Assembly: GCA_000002435.2 (NCBI GenBank) | Contig: CM018790.1 | DNA length: 64,000 nt | Source: Giardia intestinalis | Taxonomy: Eukaryota | Reading direction: 5' to 3' (one strand) | In this document: positions 39,521 to 50,645 of the stretch, piece after piece | Position numbering within the stretch: the first letter of the stretch is position 1 | Layout: each line of letters starts with the position of its first letter | Notes under the pieces: generated by a model | What the model was told of the DNA's origin: nothing | Seen by the model: only the letters and a program-made list of their open reading frames with translations | Database searches by the model: none | Program-made: the position numbers and the translations under genes

Positions 39521-42500
39521 TCATGATACTATGCGTTTTATCCTTTCCTTATCAAAGTCTATGTACTCTTCTAGCTCCTCTAGCGTCTTTAAGAACGTTT
39601 CTCGAGCCAGTAGGTAAAGACCCTCATAGTCCCTATATTTTCCCATGAGCTGATTCGCAAGTACGATCTTTTCTGCTTGCAGGTTCATCAACCTGATAAT
39701 GAGCTTCCCCAATCTTTCGCGACAGAGCTCTATCTCAGTGTGTGTTAGGGAATTTGGTTCCTTACAATATACTGGCAGTTCATTGCGCAGAATGTCTATT
39801 TTTTCCGCTATGTGTGGTGGAAGCATCTCATTATTAGCCTGAACATAGTCAGAATTAGACATGAACCCAGTTATATTGAACCGACCGTGGTATCCAGACT
39901 CACGGCATGTACCATAGGGACCCATGAAGTATACATCTGAATCCGATTGAGGAATGTATGCTTTGTCTACATGTCGAAGCCTGTTTTGCTTTGATTCCTG
40001 GCTTGATCCGTGATAGGTGCTATCACCCGTAAGATAGCTCCCTTGGCGTAAAGCGTGAGTCGCCTTGCTATCGGGATACTTATATAAGTTGCGATAATGC
40101 TTCATCGAAACGTCTGTCTTGACCACCAACTTGGGGTATATTAAGTCAGACAAGAATACCTTTATCAGTCTGGGACATAGTGCGAAATAGCTTGAAGACG
40201 TAGTACCAGTGATGGTCTCTAGCTCTTCAGGTTCTTCCGGGTTCGTGGCTTCAGAAAAATCATCCACAGGGGTACTGAGTGGGGCCATCGCAAGGGATTG
40301 ATGGTATGGCATATTAAGCTTTAAGCTTGCTCTGATTGTTGCTAGTCGCTCGGTTGGAGTAAAGAGCTCTTTAATATCATAGCCTTCATCAGAGTTCAGC
40401 TCCGGGCTTCCTCCCGATTTACGTTTGTCGATAAGAGAATCTTCCAGACTGGTGGAGGGAGCCGTTTTTGTCACACTGTGTGCGCCTGAATAGAGGGAGC
40501 TAGACACGTCATCCATCATGTGTGCGTCTGTCAATTCTTTAGAGTGTACCTTTTGTTCTGGTCGATCTGTGGCTATCCCTACTGTTGGTGACGAAATGCT
40601 TTCTCTGTTTTGGTCATCAAATGGCATGATCTTTTCTGGGAATATCCTAAGCGAATCATCTGCTTCTACGCTACTCTCCAAACATCTTACGGATCGATTG
40701 CTTTGATCTCTAACTATTACATCCGTATTCATGGTTTGGTTTTCTAGAAGGCCGTCATTTGACTTCGTGGCAATGAACGTGTCGTGGTTGTCATTGAGTT
40801 GCTTCTCAGTAAGTGCCACAGTAGTCGATGAGACAAGGTCATCGAAGTTAACCACCTGGATTGTAGTCTCCTGCTCTTCGGAAAATTCATTTCGCTTATT
40901 CAGGAACATTCTAACAATGTCCATAGTTCCGCTGTTCACGCTGGGGGTCACGATACCTGTTAAGTTTTGAAAGACTTTATTAAGCTCATCTGGAAGCCTT
41001 TCAGTATCATAGATTGCTTTTTCAACTATCCTGATGGCCTCTTGGATTGGATTGCTGTATTCCTCATAGACGTATATGACTCTTTGGCGCGAATTTGTGT
41101 GAGGAAATGGGTGTGCAGTGTAGTAGTAAACATTTAGACATCCGGCTAATTTGATTGATGAATCACCAGAGTACACCTGCTGTTGTATCCGTCGCCGAAA
41201 GATTTGTCGCGAGGTGTAGGAATGAATCGTGTTGCAAGACGATCCAGTATCAACTGAGGTTTCGTCGGATGCTAAAACAAACGGATAGTAATTATAAATG
41301 ATATTGGAGTAATACGTTATTGGATAGCCATCTTTCTCATCGGTAGCTCTATGTGCAGATACATGGTCGGCGTGCGTCCGTAGTAGCACTTCCCCAGGGA
41401 TGTGTAAGTTCGGTTCTGTGTGTACAGGCACTAAGTGAGGATTAGAGTATGGCCCCCCAAGGAACGATAAGCTGTCTTCGGGGTGCCCAGCCTTACTGTC
41501 TGCTCCCATGTCATAAGAAAGTAGTTGAGCCAAGATCTTCTGTTTTATCTGCTCCTCCTTTTCTGTGAGAAGTGCAGCCGATTGAACTATCTTGTACGGC
41601 TCCACCTTCTGAACAATTATCTTGGGCGTGCCGTCAGGTTTCCGCAAATCAGGTGGGTCGTAGAACCGCTTCAACCTCTCAGTGAACTCTCGAATTGTCT
41701 CTGAGTGAGGACAGCAATAGATATATTCTGTAGTCGATTCCTTACCGTTGTTTTCCGTCGTGATAGACACCCAATAGTAGTGCACATTCTCATGTAGTTT
41801 GTAAGCGTCCTCGTGGCTCTTCTTTTCGGCCAGGAGTGCGTCACTATAGCACTGGATCATAGAAAGCGGGTCGAAATAGCTAGGTAGCTTATCTTGTGTG
41901 GGTGTAGCCAGAGAGCTAGAATACAGCTCCGTCAGTGTCATAAGAAGCTTGTAGATATGCTTGGTATATAAATAGAACTTGGCAGTCTGGAACTCGGTGG
42001 CAGCGCTCTGCAGTGCAAGTAGTAATTTGAAAAACTGACCACCGTCCAGAGATGAGTATATGTTTTCGCTTTTCCCCATTAGATGCTGTGCCTTTGCAAT
42101 GTACGCGAACCATACATCCAAATCGTTCTGCACAGTAATGTCGGGAATAATCTTGCGCAGCTCCGGGATAACTATCTTACTGAGAGAGTAGACTGAAGGG
42201 AGACTGGAGTAATCAATAACCTTGTCGTCAAATTGTGACCTGACAATTAAGTACTCGCTAATAAGCCCCGCAATCAATATAGACACCATTCCGGCTTCAA
42301 CGTGCCGTCTGTTTTCCCTTAAAAAGTTAAAGAGCGACTGCAGACTAAATAGGCGCAGGTCCACTTGACCAACGTAGCAATCTGCCTGTGACAGCTTGAG
42401 CTCTGCATACAGATCCAAGTCGGTAACGGTGCTCCCCATCGATTGGATCTTGGAGCGCTCCTTTATCATGTACTCGCTTTCTATTACTATGAGCAATCTA

Positions 42501-45500
42501 TCATAGAAGAGACATACAGTTGAATAGAAGTGCTTGCAGATAAAGCTAACCTTGCCTGAGACGGGAGTCATCTCATGCAACCCAGAACCGTCGTCACAGC
42601 CTCCGTTTATCCAGGCCTCGTCGTTAGAGCATATCTCGTTGACACCAGCACGTACGTAATCAAAGAATGAAATTATTGCCTTCTTCTTCTTGGCTGTAAG
42701 ATCCATAGTGACCAAGGAGTAATTGATCATCGAAAATAGAATGGACGTGTTGGCATGATAGTCAAATTCTATTTTGAGCAATATCGCGATTATCGTTGCT
42801 GCTAGACTGTACAGACTGAACTGTTCTAGGTCTATTTTATCAAGCAATGCCTTAATAACCATAGAGATTCCATGATCAAAATCAGATTTTTTATTTTCTA
42901 AACCATTGAATAAGATTGAGGCAATAGACGGAAAATAGTTGACAAGGGCGTTCAGCACAATCTCATTATACACAGCAAACTTGTGATCCTTAACTAGAAA
43001 GTATGCAAATGTATGAATTAATTCGGCGTGAACGTCACAGAAGCTTGAAGATGACGTTGACCCAGAATCCAGTACTCGAGTCTCGTCTGAATTGACAATA
43101 AGGTGTTGTGTGTATGAGAGTAATTGATACATAGCTGATTCATAAATAAGTGTCGAAAGCAGTGATGCAACCACGTCACAGGACGAATCAGGACCCTTTA
43201 TTAGCTTCAGATAAAGCAGGTCTGCTGATGTGGAATGGGCTCGTTGCGGGTTGCTTACATTATCCACGGTAGTTTGAGAAGCTAAAGAAATAGGCTTTTC
43301 AACGTGTGCTTCGGTTGAGTCAAGGACCGACAACTTATTACTTTTAATTTGGGCTGCTAGGTAGGTGATAACCTCCTCCACACTGGAGGGCTTCGTCCGA
43401 TGACTCAAGTGATGGCGAGGCGGGGATAGAGCTGGGGGGTGTGGCTCTACAGCAGGTATCTGCTTAATGCAGCTGTCAGTAAAAGTGAAGGTGCCTGTTA
43501 ATCTATGGACGCTCGAGCCTTTGTCGCGATGTCGAGCAGAAACGCTGTGAGATATTTCCTTCTCATCTCCGGTCATGTCCTCTTCTGCCGTGGGGTCGTC
43601 GATAGAGCCCACAACCGAATGTGTCAACTTATGCCAGGTGTGCTGAGACTCCTGAATATCTACAGAGTCCTCAAGCGCTCGATAGATGCTGGCATCGTCA
43701 GTATCATCAGAAGTAGTAAGAGTCGCCTGGCTGATCTGTGTGGAGATCTTAAATCCTTGGCGTGCAGATTGTTTAGAGGTAGGTTTCTTCATAGCGCGAT
43801 GCCCGCCTCTGGAGGTCGTAGACTCGCGCTGCTCCTTTATGATCCTCCTGGGGATGTATGGGATGTTGGGGCATGTCTGTTGTCCAAACGATGCTCCCGA
43901 AGGTATTGTTCCATGAGCATTATGATAGGCAGTTGCAGTGTGAAATAACTGGCTTGAAGTAACCCAAGTAGTAGAGGCATTTCTATCCGTTTTGGAGTAT
44001 GGGTCATAGGTCGACGTATGCTGAAGAGATAGCACCGGATTTTGGGTTGTATTGCTAGATAGTTTACCATCATCGTTATATTTGAGCACCCTCCCCATAA
44101 ACATATCCGTAATCGTTTCAGAAAACAAGAGTAGGTCATCACTCACCGAAGAACCAGATTTAAAAGAGTCAAAAAATGGACCGAGCCTCTGATGAGCGTG
44201 AACTTGCTGATTAGATGAATCACTATAGAATGGAGAAACAAACAGAAAAGGCGTGGGCTTAACAGAGCCATTATTTGGAGGAAGGAAGATGTTGTCGACA
44301 AGCTTGGAGTCACCAGACAGCAGAAAATTCAAATAACGCATGCTCTGAACACGGTAGGATGAAGATGTCAGAATAGTGGCCCTCTTTCTAAGAGAATCCT
44401 CGTCAAAGAGAAACGGTACATGGCGATAGATCTTAAGCATGCTCTGTGCTTGCTCCACAGTTAAGTTGCGCAAAAACTCAATGCAGTAATTTGTTAATCT
44501 TTGAAGAAAGGTAATAAGAAAGAGGAACATTTCTGCCATAAGAAGTTCCAACGAAAAGTCAGTGCATTGCGCCTGAACGTCCGATGTGTGTGAATACGGA
44601 GATCCCCGGACTGTCTTAGGTGTAGACGAATCTTCAAGATCTGATTGCTTCACAGTTGTCCTTGGAGTGGACAAGGATGCAACCGCCACTCCTGCATTGT
44701 CTGTAACATTACACTTCCTACCCTGGTCGCCAGGCACCGTGTGCACATCAGTCTCAGGTGTGCTTGCCCTATTACTGGTGTCAGTCTGCTTGTTGACTGA
44801 ATTGAAGAACTTGTCATAATTATCAAGAATTAATAGGAGCAGTGGGACACACGACACGTAGAGAAATGACGGGGTTTGTCTAGCTATGTCCCCCGAGCAA
44901 ACCTCCCAAAGAAATATAAAGATATTTGTGCAGATTGATCGGAAAGCCGTGTGGTCTTCTACGGAATGGGACAGCTCAGAATTATAGTTAAACAGCAGAC
45001 AATGCAATGCCTTGAGATACAAATGCGGAAGAATGCACCCCACTGGAATCAAGTTGAATGGTGGTAACGTGTAGTCGACGGAACCATCAGAGGTGTCGGA
45101 AGCGCCCCCTTGGAAAGTAAACGACTCCTTAGCGTGAATGTCTGTGAATGAGTATGAATAGAGAAGAGCCCGTTCCCTCATCAATTGGTGCAAAAAGTCA
45201 AAGAAGATCTGCCACCTGGTAAACCAATGACCACCCTTGAAGGTGTCATTTTTGTCAATCAGAGACTCGAGAAACGAGAACAACTTAGTCTTCTTGGGGC
45301 TAGTAACAACAAGAAGAATAAAAAGCTTTGCAGTCGAGGTAATAATAACAAAGGACTTATTGTACGAGGTTAGTGAATAACAGGAATCGATAAGATTATA
45401 AAGAATTGCGTTGATCAAATGGCCTATTGAGTTGATGAAAGCAATGAGGTCGGCTTCAAACTCAGCTCGCTCTACACTGTCATGAGAGACGGTCGCACTC

Positions 45501-48500
45501 GATGAGTGCGTGCCCTCCAAACTGTCGGAGTTTCCGGAGACATCCAGCACTGCGTTGTCAAAAAGAAAGCAGGACATACTAGCATTGTACAAATGCTTAT
45601 ACCTGGTCAAGATAATCATAAAGCTTTTGGCGATAAGGAGAAAGTTGTGGGGTATGATTGCAAAAAGACGGTCAACTAAAGAGGATTTCTGAATGATGTA
45701 CTTTATTACGCTGTTGTGTAAGTAAGAAACATAATTCTGAAGCGCTTGGAAGGTTGTTATAGAGCATATGTGGTGGGCAACCATGGCGTACACGGCCAGA
45801 TTGGCAAGTACGAAAGAGTCTTGCTTAAATGGCTCGGACAGGGAGGTATCTGATGAACTGTCTTGATGGTAGAACGAGATGTGATTGCCGATACCGCCGA
45901 GAGCCCGGTATATGTCTGATAGTGCCGCGAACTCGCCATCTAACGGATTCTGTATCGCGCTCGTAGAGCCAAACAACGGCGCTAGCATGGCCCCGAGAAG
46001 CGGAGTGTAGATGAAGTTCTGTAGCATCATAAGCCAGGAGTTGCGCCTCCCAAAAGTTTTGTGTGCTTTAAACGCGGCTGCCACTTCTTCGTTAATACAA
46101 TGGCGATATAAATTGTTGACAATCGCCATGCTCTCGTTTGAAATGGTGGTAAAGGGGGCAAGAACGTGCTCCAGGCAATTGAAAATAAGGTCCCTAGAAA
46201 CAACGTGTTCAAATAGCTCTTGGTGCATGAGCAGGGAGGCCAGTGCAACTGCAATATTATAGGTGGGCCCATATTGCTCCAATAGAATGCTCTCTCCATA
46301 AAATGGAATGGACTTACGCTTAGAAGCTGCTAGCTGGGCCTGAAGCTGGGCTTGAGTCGCTGCAAAGCTTGCACCTGCCGGTGCCAGCGGTCCACGTAGT
46401 TCGTCGCTCACAATGCTACTGGTAGCGTTTCCTAAGTATGCATCCCGGGATATCTTAAAACTGACCGCGTAGAGATTGACCTTGTCGCAAAATCTACGCA
46501 GGGTCTTCACGCTTTTATCCAGATCAATGCAGCTGTGGAGAACTATGTTCTTAGCGCATGTATATGCATAGTAAATTGCGTTCAAAAAGTGAGAATGTGT
46601 GTAAAGGGAAGATTCATAGCGTAGTGTGCAAAGCATATATCCTACCTGTTTAGTCTGCTTGCTGATGCCATCTGTTAGACCCTGTAAAGGCCTTTCCTTG
46701 TCAGCTTGAGACGACAAATAGCCTGCAGAAATTTGGCTCTGAAACGGGATAGAAATAGATCTATCATAGTTTTCGACAAACTCGCTATTTGTCATCATAG
46801 GAGGAGACAAGGCATCGACCCCGAGAGTGTTCTGCAGCACCGGTACTCCCAGCTCGTCGACACCCTTGACAAGAGGAAGGTATGCATAACCAAGTAGTGA
46901 AAGCTGAGTGCGTGCCTCAACGATGTGCTGAATGCTCGCTGGGTCTATTGAGTCTTGCATACCCGATCCCAGTATTTCAGTATATTGCGAGGATCTCACG
47001 GGAATGGAGTCAGCAGGATGCGACACGACGGAACTAGTGGTGGACATCTTACCTGAAGCAAGAGCATAGGTGGGGAATGTATGCTCCTTGTTATCAGTGG
47101 TACTACAGAATGCAGGTGTTGCATATAACTGTGTCAACTTGGTGAGATTCATGATCTCAGTGGCTGTTTTCTCTTGAGGTACAAAGACAGTATCGTCAAC
47201 ACCTACAATTGTCGAGAGATCACATTTATCTGCATGAGCCCTTTCTTTTGCAGAAAGCCCAGGAACCCCATAGAGCGTAAACAGGAAATGTGTCTTCGGA
47301 GTGATGTACAGCGGTAGCTCAAACTTAACCTCATCATGGAGTCGTACCACACGCGTATTGACAGCTGCAGAGGTCAAATACGAACTTCGAAAGGCTATTC
47401 GACCCTTAGTCATGTCATCCGGTGTCATGGAGCCGTGAAGCCTTGGATAAATGGCCCACATTATATCTTTATCGTCTAATGCATCATCAGAGCGCATCTC
47501 CACCTTCAGGAAGAAAGCATTGTAACGTGCATTCGGTAGAGTTACGATAAAAGACTGCGGATATAGGTAGACCCGATTCCTGAAGGGAGCGGCAGGAGTA
47601 CCGACCTCTCGGCGGAAGAAGCAGTCTAGCTGCTTAACGTAGATGTGGTTGGGATGAAGCTTATTTCCTCTAATGCGATCGAAGAAATAATGGGACTGAA
47701 GCGAAGAAAACGCCTTTTTATGCTCTAGTGTGGTCTCGGCGTCACGTAGCGTCAGATATATGCGTTGACTAGATATCCCTTGTGCGCTCATGAGGGCAAA
47801 TAATAAAAGATGACTCAGTGTGTCTGTAGTCAAATATCCGTGCTTCAAAAGCAACAATAAATCACTATGTTCTCCTCTCTCGAGAAGATGCAGACTATAG
47901 GACCAAACCATTAGCTCTAGTTCATGTGCAAAATCCGGAAGGTGATTTGGCTGCAGAGTGCGGTAACTTGGGGCGTCCTTTATAGCTCTGAACACCCCTG
48001 AACTTGAATCATAGACACCGAACGTATTGACAGAAGTATTGACATACAATTGAACGTAGTTTAAAGCCCGTTTCTTTGATACGCGATCATTGTATGTGTT
48101 TAAAAGAACAGAGGCCAGAGGCTCTGTTTGTGAAATATTTTTAGGAAGGCGAACAAAGGTGTTAAGCTTATGCGAAACGGGTCGCAAGGGGTGCACAAAG
48201 GAAAGCCCCTTCTCATTTAGAACACTAGAAAAACGAGGATCCTTTTTGAGCTTGCTTACAGAGTAAATGCCGCGCCTTTTCTGCTCATTGAAGTATCCAC
48301 ACATGCGGCCAATAAGCTCCCTGCGTTCAGGATCAGTGTCGGACTCCTGTAGATGCACAAATGAATCGGCGTCAGAGTTGGAATTGCAATCTGCCTCCAA
48401 TAGATCTTGCAGCCTGACCTGTTGCTCCATCCCATCTCTACGCTTGATGCTTGAAGTTCTAGAATAAATAATTTTGGTGAGCAAAAGAAAGTTTTCCAAT

Positions 48501-50503
48501 TGCTGAATAGAGACCTTGCTATCACAAACTGTAGTACTGATTTTTCCACGCGAAGAAGCTGTCTGTGCTAGTGTTGCAACTGGAACAGATTCGTCCGAGC
48601 GCACTACGCTCCGCGGTACTCCCATGATGCTAATATTATGAGCAAAAGCGTGGGGCTGAGAGTCTGGGTTAGAAGTACTTGGGCAAGCATCGTAAAAGTT
48701 AGAGTCGGGCAGGACACTGGCCACTTGGTCAAAGGTTGCTCGTGCACTACTTGTGTCTGCAGGGTCTAGAGACAGTGCTCCCTGAACATGGCTAGATGAG
48801 TCGTGCGGGTGGGCTACCCGCTTCAAAGATGCACTACCTTGCATAGAGAACGCCGATAAAGGAAAGATGGGAGAAATGCTCACGGCAAACGTCTCCCTGA
48901 GCCCACCAGTCTGTCTGATAGCTGCCCTAACCTTAGGGAGATACTTGTTACACTCTGCCAAGATCTGCTCACCATACTTTCCATAGGCTGCGAAGATACT
49001 AGTTGGAACTTTGGACTCAGTACTTAGGCTGCTAGTGCAGGTATAATCAATACCTGGATACTTAAAGAAAGGCATGTCACCTTTGGACTTCTTAGCTTCA
49101 AGTTTCCTCTTCGTGTGGCCCTGAACTGAGGGTGCACCAGATTGCTTGCTTTGGCTATCACTGGTCAGAGTGTGGGAAAGAGAACTGACTATCGCTTCAT
49201 TGATGCTACTGTCATGTCTTGTCTGGGAAAACTTGTTGCTTAGTACACCCGAGATTACTCTGATGTCATGGGATGCAACACCGTCTGCCAGTCTCTGCAA
49301 GTAAAGGCTGTAGCGGTCGACTTCCGACCTGATCTTTTCATCTGCAAGGGCAAGGTCTTCTAGCTCTTTGATCCTGGAGTAGAATGCGTGCGATTCATCA
49401 GACGAGACACCTATGGTCTTTTCTAGAAACACAACCAAGAAAATACGTCTGAAGCACGTCTGCGATGAAATGGGAATGGTAAACTCCACGAGCTTCGACC
49501 TTTCGATCGTATCCAAGATAGTCATGAGTCTGCTATAAAGGGGCTTAGAATCAAGTGATGTTTTATCACACGCGAAGCTCCGAAGTGTCGAAAAACAGTT
49601 CATATCTATATACTGGCTCTCAGACACCCTATAGAGCCCATGTTGACCGTTGTCAGTGGAGCTATAGTAATACAATGCAATTGAGCCGTAAAACGGCTCC
49701 ATGACCTCTCTGTTCACCATCCCTACCACCAAATTTTCAATGCTGAGACTCATTCTGAGCACAGGCGGCTTAATAAAAGGCGGTATTGATATCTTCTCAA
49801 AGAGAAAGTCGCTGGACGTGATCTTCCCGATGTTCATTAACTCCAAGAGCAACCGGGGCTCAGTAAAGAGTCTCTCCAAAAGGATGTTGATAGGTGGTAC
49901 GTTATTGACGGTTTTTTGGGTGGTAAAGGTCTTGCTCTTTTGGCTTCTGACACCACCTGTGTAACGGTCTAGAAGGACCGGCACATTACGCATAAGTTTG
50001 CTGGCATTTTCCAGCACACTTAGAGCCGACGACGTTCGAAATATGGGGTCCACATCGGCGTAGATGGTACACGGATGGGTCAGAAAAAACCGGATAATGT
50101 CCAGTGTGGCATGCGGATACTCTACCGCCTTAAGGAACGGAGCATCTATCTGAAGCCTTATGGAGCTTATAGGGCTGGAGGAAGTGGTACGATGGGTGGA
50201 GATAGATTCTTGTCCGTATCGTACACTGCCGCTCCTGTTAGAGTCTGGCTCCAAACGGCTATCCTCAGAAACCTGCATATCACAGAACTGTGGGCCTGCT
50301 CTACCACTAGGAGCGCTTTCACGGAGAGTCCTAAAATCATCAAGTACGTGCGGTGCCACGCGCCAGTACGTAAATGGCACTCTGGGGGAGCGCTGGATGC
50401 CAAATCCGGCCGCCTCCTTTAGGACATTGAAGTACTCCACGTCTGAGGCCTTCAAACCGAAGACAAATTGGTCCCAATTATACTGTGCTGAACTGTTTGA
50501 CAT
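39521..50503 (-). CDS. Giant hypothetical protein, 3660 aa.
   Basis: It is a single uninterrupted ATG-initiated ORF of 10,983 bp (MSNSSAQYNWDQFVFGLKASDVEYF...). The composition is non-repetitive with long predicted helical stretches. I saw no P-loop or other recognisable catalytic motif. The antisense ORFs are all short. Confidence 0.6.
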   Translation of the reverse strand: MSNSSAQYNWDQFVFGLKASDVEYFNVLKEAAGFGIQRSPRVPFTYWRVAPHVLDDFRTLRESAPSGRAGPQFCDMQVSEDSRLEPDSNRSGSVRYGQESISTHRTTSSSPISSIRLQIDAPFLKAVEYPHATLDIIRFFLTHPCTIYADVDPIFRTSSALSVLENASKLMRNVPVLLDRYTGGVRSQKSKTFTTQKTVNNVPPINILLERLFTEPRLLLELMNIGKITSSDFLFEKISIPPFIKPPVLRMSLSIENLVVGMVNREVMEPFYGSIALYYYSSTDNGQHGLYRVSESQYIDMNCFSTLRSFACDKTSLDSKPLYSRLMTILDTIERSKLVEFTIPISSQTCFRRIFLVVFLEKTIGVSSDESHAFYSRIKELEDLALADEKIRSEVDRYSLYLQRLADGVASHDIRVISGVLSNKFSQTRHDSSINEAIVSSLSHTLTSDSQSKQSGAPSVQGHTKRKLEAKKSKGDMPFFKYPGIDYTCTSSLSTESKVPTSIFAAYGKYGEQILAECNKYLPKVRAAIRQTGGLRETFAVSISPIFPLSAFSMQGSASLKRVAHPHDSSSHVQGALSLDPADTSSARATFDQVASVLPDSNFYDACPSTSNPDSQPHAFAHNISIMGVPRSVVRSDESVPVATLAQTASSRGKISTTVCDSKVSIQQLENFLLLTKIIYSRTSSIKRRDGMEQQVRLQDLLEADCNSNSDADSFVHLQESDTDPERRELIGRMCGYFNEQKRRGIYSVSKLKKDPRFSSVLNEKGLSFVHPLRPVSHKLNTFVRLPKNISQTEPLASVLLNTYNDRVSKKRALNYVQLYVNTSVNTFGVYDSSSGVFRAIKDAPSYRTLQPNHLPDFAHELELMVWSYSLHLLERGEHSDLLLLLKHGYLTTDTLSHLLLFALMSAQGISSQRIYLTLRDAETTLEHKKAFSSLQSHYFFDRIRGNKLHPNHIYVKQLDCFFRREVGTPAAPFRNRVYLYPQSFIVTLPNARYNAFFLKVEMRSDDALDDKDIMWAIYPRLHGSMTPDDMTKGRIAFRSSYLTSAAVNTRVVRLHDEVKFELPLYITPKTHFLFTLYGVPGLSAKERAHADKCDLSTIVGVDDTVFVPQEKTATEIMNLTKLTQLYATPAFCSTTDNKEHTFPTYALASGKMSTTSSVVSHPADSIPVRSSQYTEILGSGMQDSIDPASIQHIVEARTQLSLLGYAYLPLVKGVDELGVPVLQNTLGVDALSPPMMTNSEFVENYDRSISIPFQSQISAGYLSSQADKERPLQGLTDGISKQTKQVGYMLCTLRYESSLYTHSHFLNAIYYAYTCAKNIVLHSCIDLDKSVKTLRRFCDKVNLYAVSFKISRDAYLGNATSSIVSDELRGPLAPAGASFAATQAQLQAQLAASKRKSIPFYGESILLEQYGPTYNIAVALASLLMHQELFEHVVSRDLIFNCLEHVLAPFTTISNESMAIVNNLYRHCINEEVAAAFKAHKTFGRRNSWLMMLQNFIYTPLLGAMLAPLFGSTSAIQNPLDGEFAALSDIYRALGGIGNHISFYHQDSSSDTSLSEPFKQDSFVLANLAVYAMVAHHICSITTFQALQNYVSYLHNSVIKYIIQKSSLVDRLFAIIPHNFLLIAKSFMIILTRYKHLYNASMSCFLFDNAVLDVSGNSDSLEGTHSSSATVSHDSVERAEFEADLIAFINSIGHLINAILYNLIDSCYSLTSYNKSFVIITSTAKLFILLVVTSPKKTKLFSFLESLIDKNDTFKGGHWFTRWQIFFDFLHQLMRERALLYSYSFTDIHAKESFTFQGGASDTSDGSVDYTLPPFNLIPVGCILPHLYLKALHCLLFNYNSELSHSVEDHTAFRSICTNIFIFLWEVCSGDIARQTPSFLYVSCVPLLLLILDNYDKFFNSVNKQTDTSNRASTPETDVHTVPGDQGRKCNVTDNAGVAVASLSTPRTTVKQSDLEDSSTPKTVRGSPYSHTSDVQAQCTDFSLELLMAEMFLFLITFLQRLTNYCIEFLRNLTVEQAQSMLKIYRHVPFLFDEDSLRKRATILTSSSYRVQSMRYLNFLLSGDSKLVDNIFLPPNNGSVKPTPFLFVSPFYSDSSNQQVHAHQRLGPFFDSFKSGSSVSDDLLLFSETITDMFMGRVLKYNDDGKLSSNTTQNPVLSLQHTSTYDPYSKTDRNASTTWVTSSQLFHTATAYHNAHGTIPSGASFGQQTCPNIPYIPRRIIKEQRESTTSRGGHRAMKKPTSKQSARQGFKISTQISQATLTTSDDTDDASIYRALEDSVDIQESQHTWHKLTHSVVGSIDDPTAEEDMTGDEKEISHSVSARHRDKGSSVHRLTGTFTFTDSCIKQIPAVEPHPPALSPPRHHLSHRTKPSSVEEVITYLAAQIKSNKLSVLDSTEAHVEKPISLASQTTVDNVSNPQRAHSTSADLLYLKLIKGPDSSCDVVASLLSTLIYESAMYQLLSYTQHLIVNSDETRVLDSGSTSSSSFCDVHAELIHTFAYFLVKDHKFAVYNEIVLNALVNYFPSIASILFNGLENKKSDFDHGISMVIKALLDKIDLEQFSLYSLAATIIAILLKIEFDYHANTSILFSMINYSLVTMDLTAKKKKAIISFFDYVRAGVNEICSNDEAWINGGCDDGSGLHEMTPVSGKVSFICKHFYSTVCLFYDRLLIVIESEYMIKERSKIQSMGSTVTDLDLYAELKLSQADCYVGQVDLRLFSLQSLFNFLRENRRHVEAGMVSILIAGLISEYLIVRSQFDDKVIDYSSLPSVYSLSKIVIPELRKIIPDITVQNDLDVWFAYIAKAQHLMGKSENIYSSLDGGQFFKLLLALQSAATEFQTAKFYLYTKHIYKLLMTLTELYSSSLATPTQDKLPSYFDPLSMIQCYSDALLAEKKSHEDAYKLHENVHYYWVSITTENNGKESTTEYIYCCPHSETIREFTERLKRFYDPPDLRKPDGTPKIIVQKVEPYKIVQSAALLTEKEEQIKQKILAQLLSYDMGADSKAGHPEDSLSFLGGPYSNPHLVPVHTEPNLHIPGEVLLRTHADHVSAHRATDEKDGYPITYYSNIIYNYYPFVLASDETSVDTGSSCNTIHSYTSRQIFRRRIQQQVYSGDSSIKLAGCLNVYYYTAHPFPHTNSRQRVIYVYEEYSNPIQEAIRIVEKAIYDTERLPDELNKVFQNLTGIVTPSVNSGTMDIVRMFLNKRNEFSEEQETTIQVVNFDDLVSSTTVALTEKQLNDNHDTFIATKSNDGLLENQTMNTDVIVRDQSNRSVRCLESSVEADDSLRIFPEKIMPFDDQNRESISSPTVGIATDRPEQKVHSKELTDAHMMDDVSSSLYSGAHSVTKTAPSTSLEDSLIDKRKSGGSPELNSDEGYDIKELFTPTERLATIRASLKLNMPYHQSLAMAPLSTPVDDFSEATNPEEPEELETITGTTSSSYFALCPRLIKVFLSDLIYPKLVVKTDVSMKHYRNLYKYPDSKATHALRQGSYLTGDSTYHGSSQESKQNRLRHVDKAYIPQSDSDVYFMGPYGTCRESGYHGRFNITGFMSNSDYVQANNEMLPPHIAEKIDILRNELPVYCKEPNSLTHTEIELCRERLGKLIIRLMNLQAEKIVLANQLMGKYRDYEGLYLLARETFLKTLEELEEYIDFDKERIKRIVS

Positions 50504-50645
50504 TGGTCAAAAGCCACAGGAGGATCGCAGCCCAACTAAAGCTCCAAGAGGACAAGTGCAATTAAATCTGTCCACAGTTTCCATACACTTTCCATATCTT
50601 TATTGCCAAATATCCAATCACATTAAAATTTTATCGGATTCTAAA

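Noticed and set aside
50160-50645. N-terminal 162 aa of the track ORF 50160..51059
   Set aside because: It would overlap 344 bp of the 5' end of the 3660-aa gene on the other strand. The NTF2-like homology begins only at the Met at 50646, so the start was moved there.
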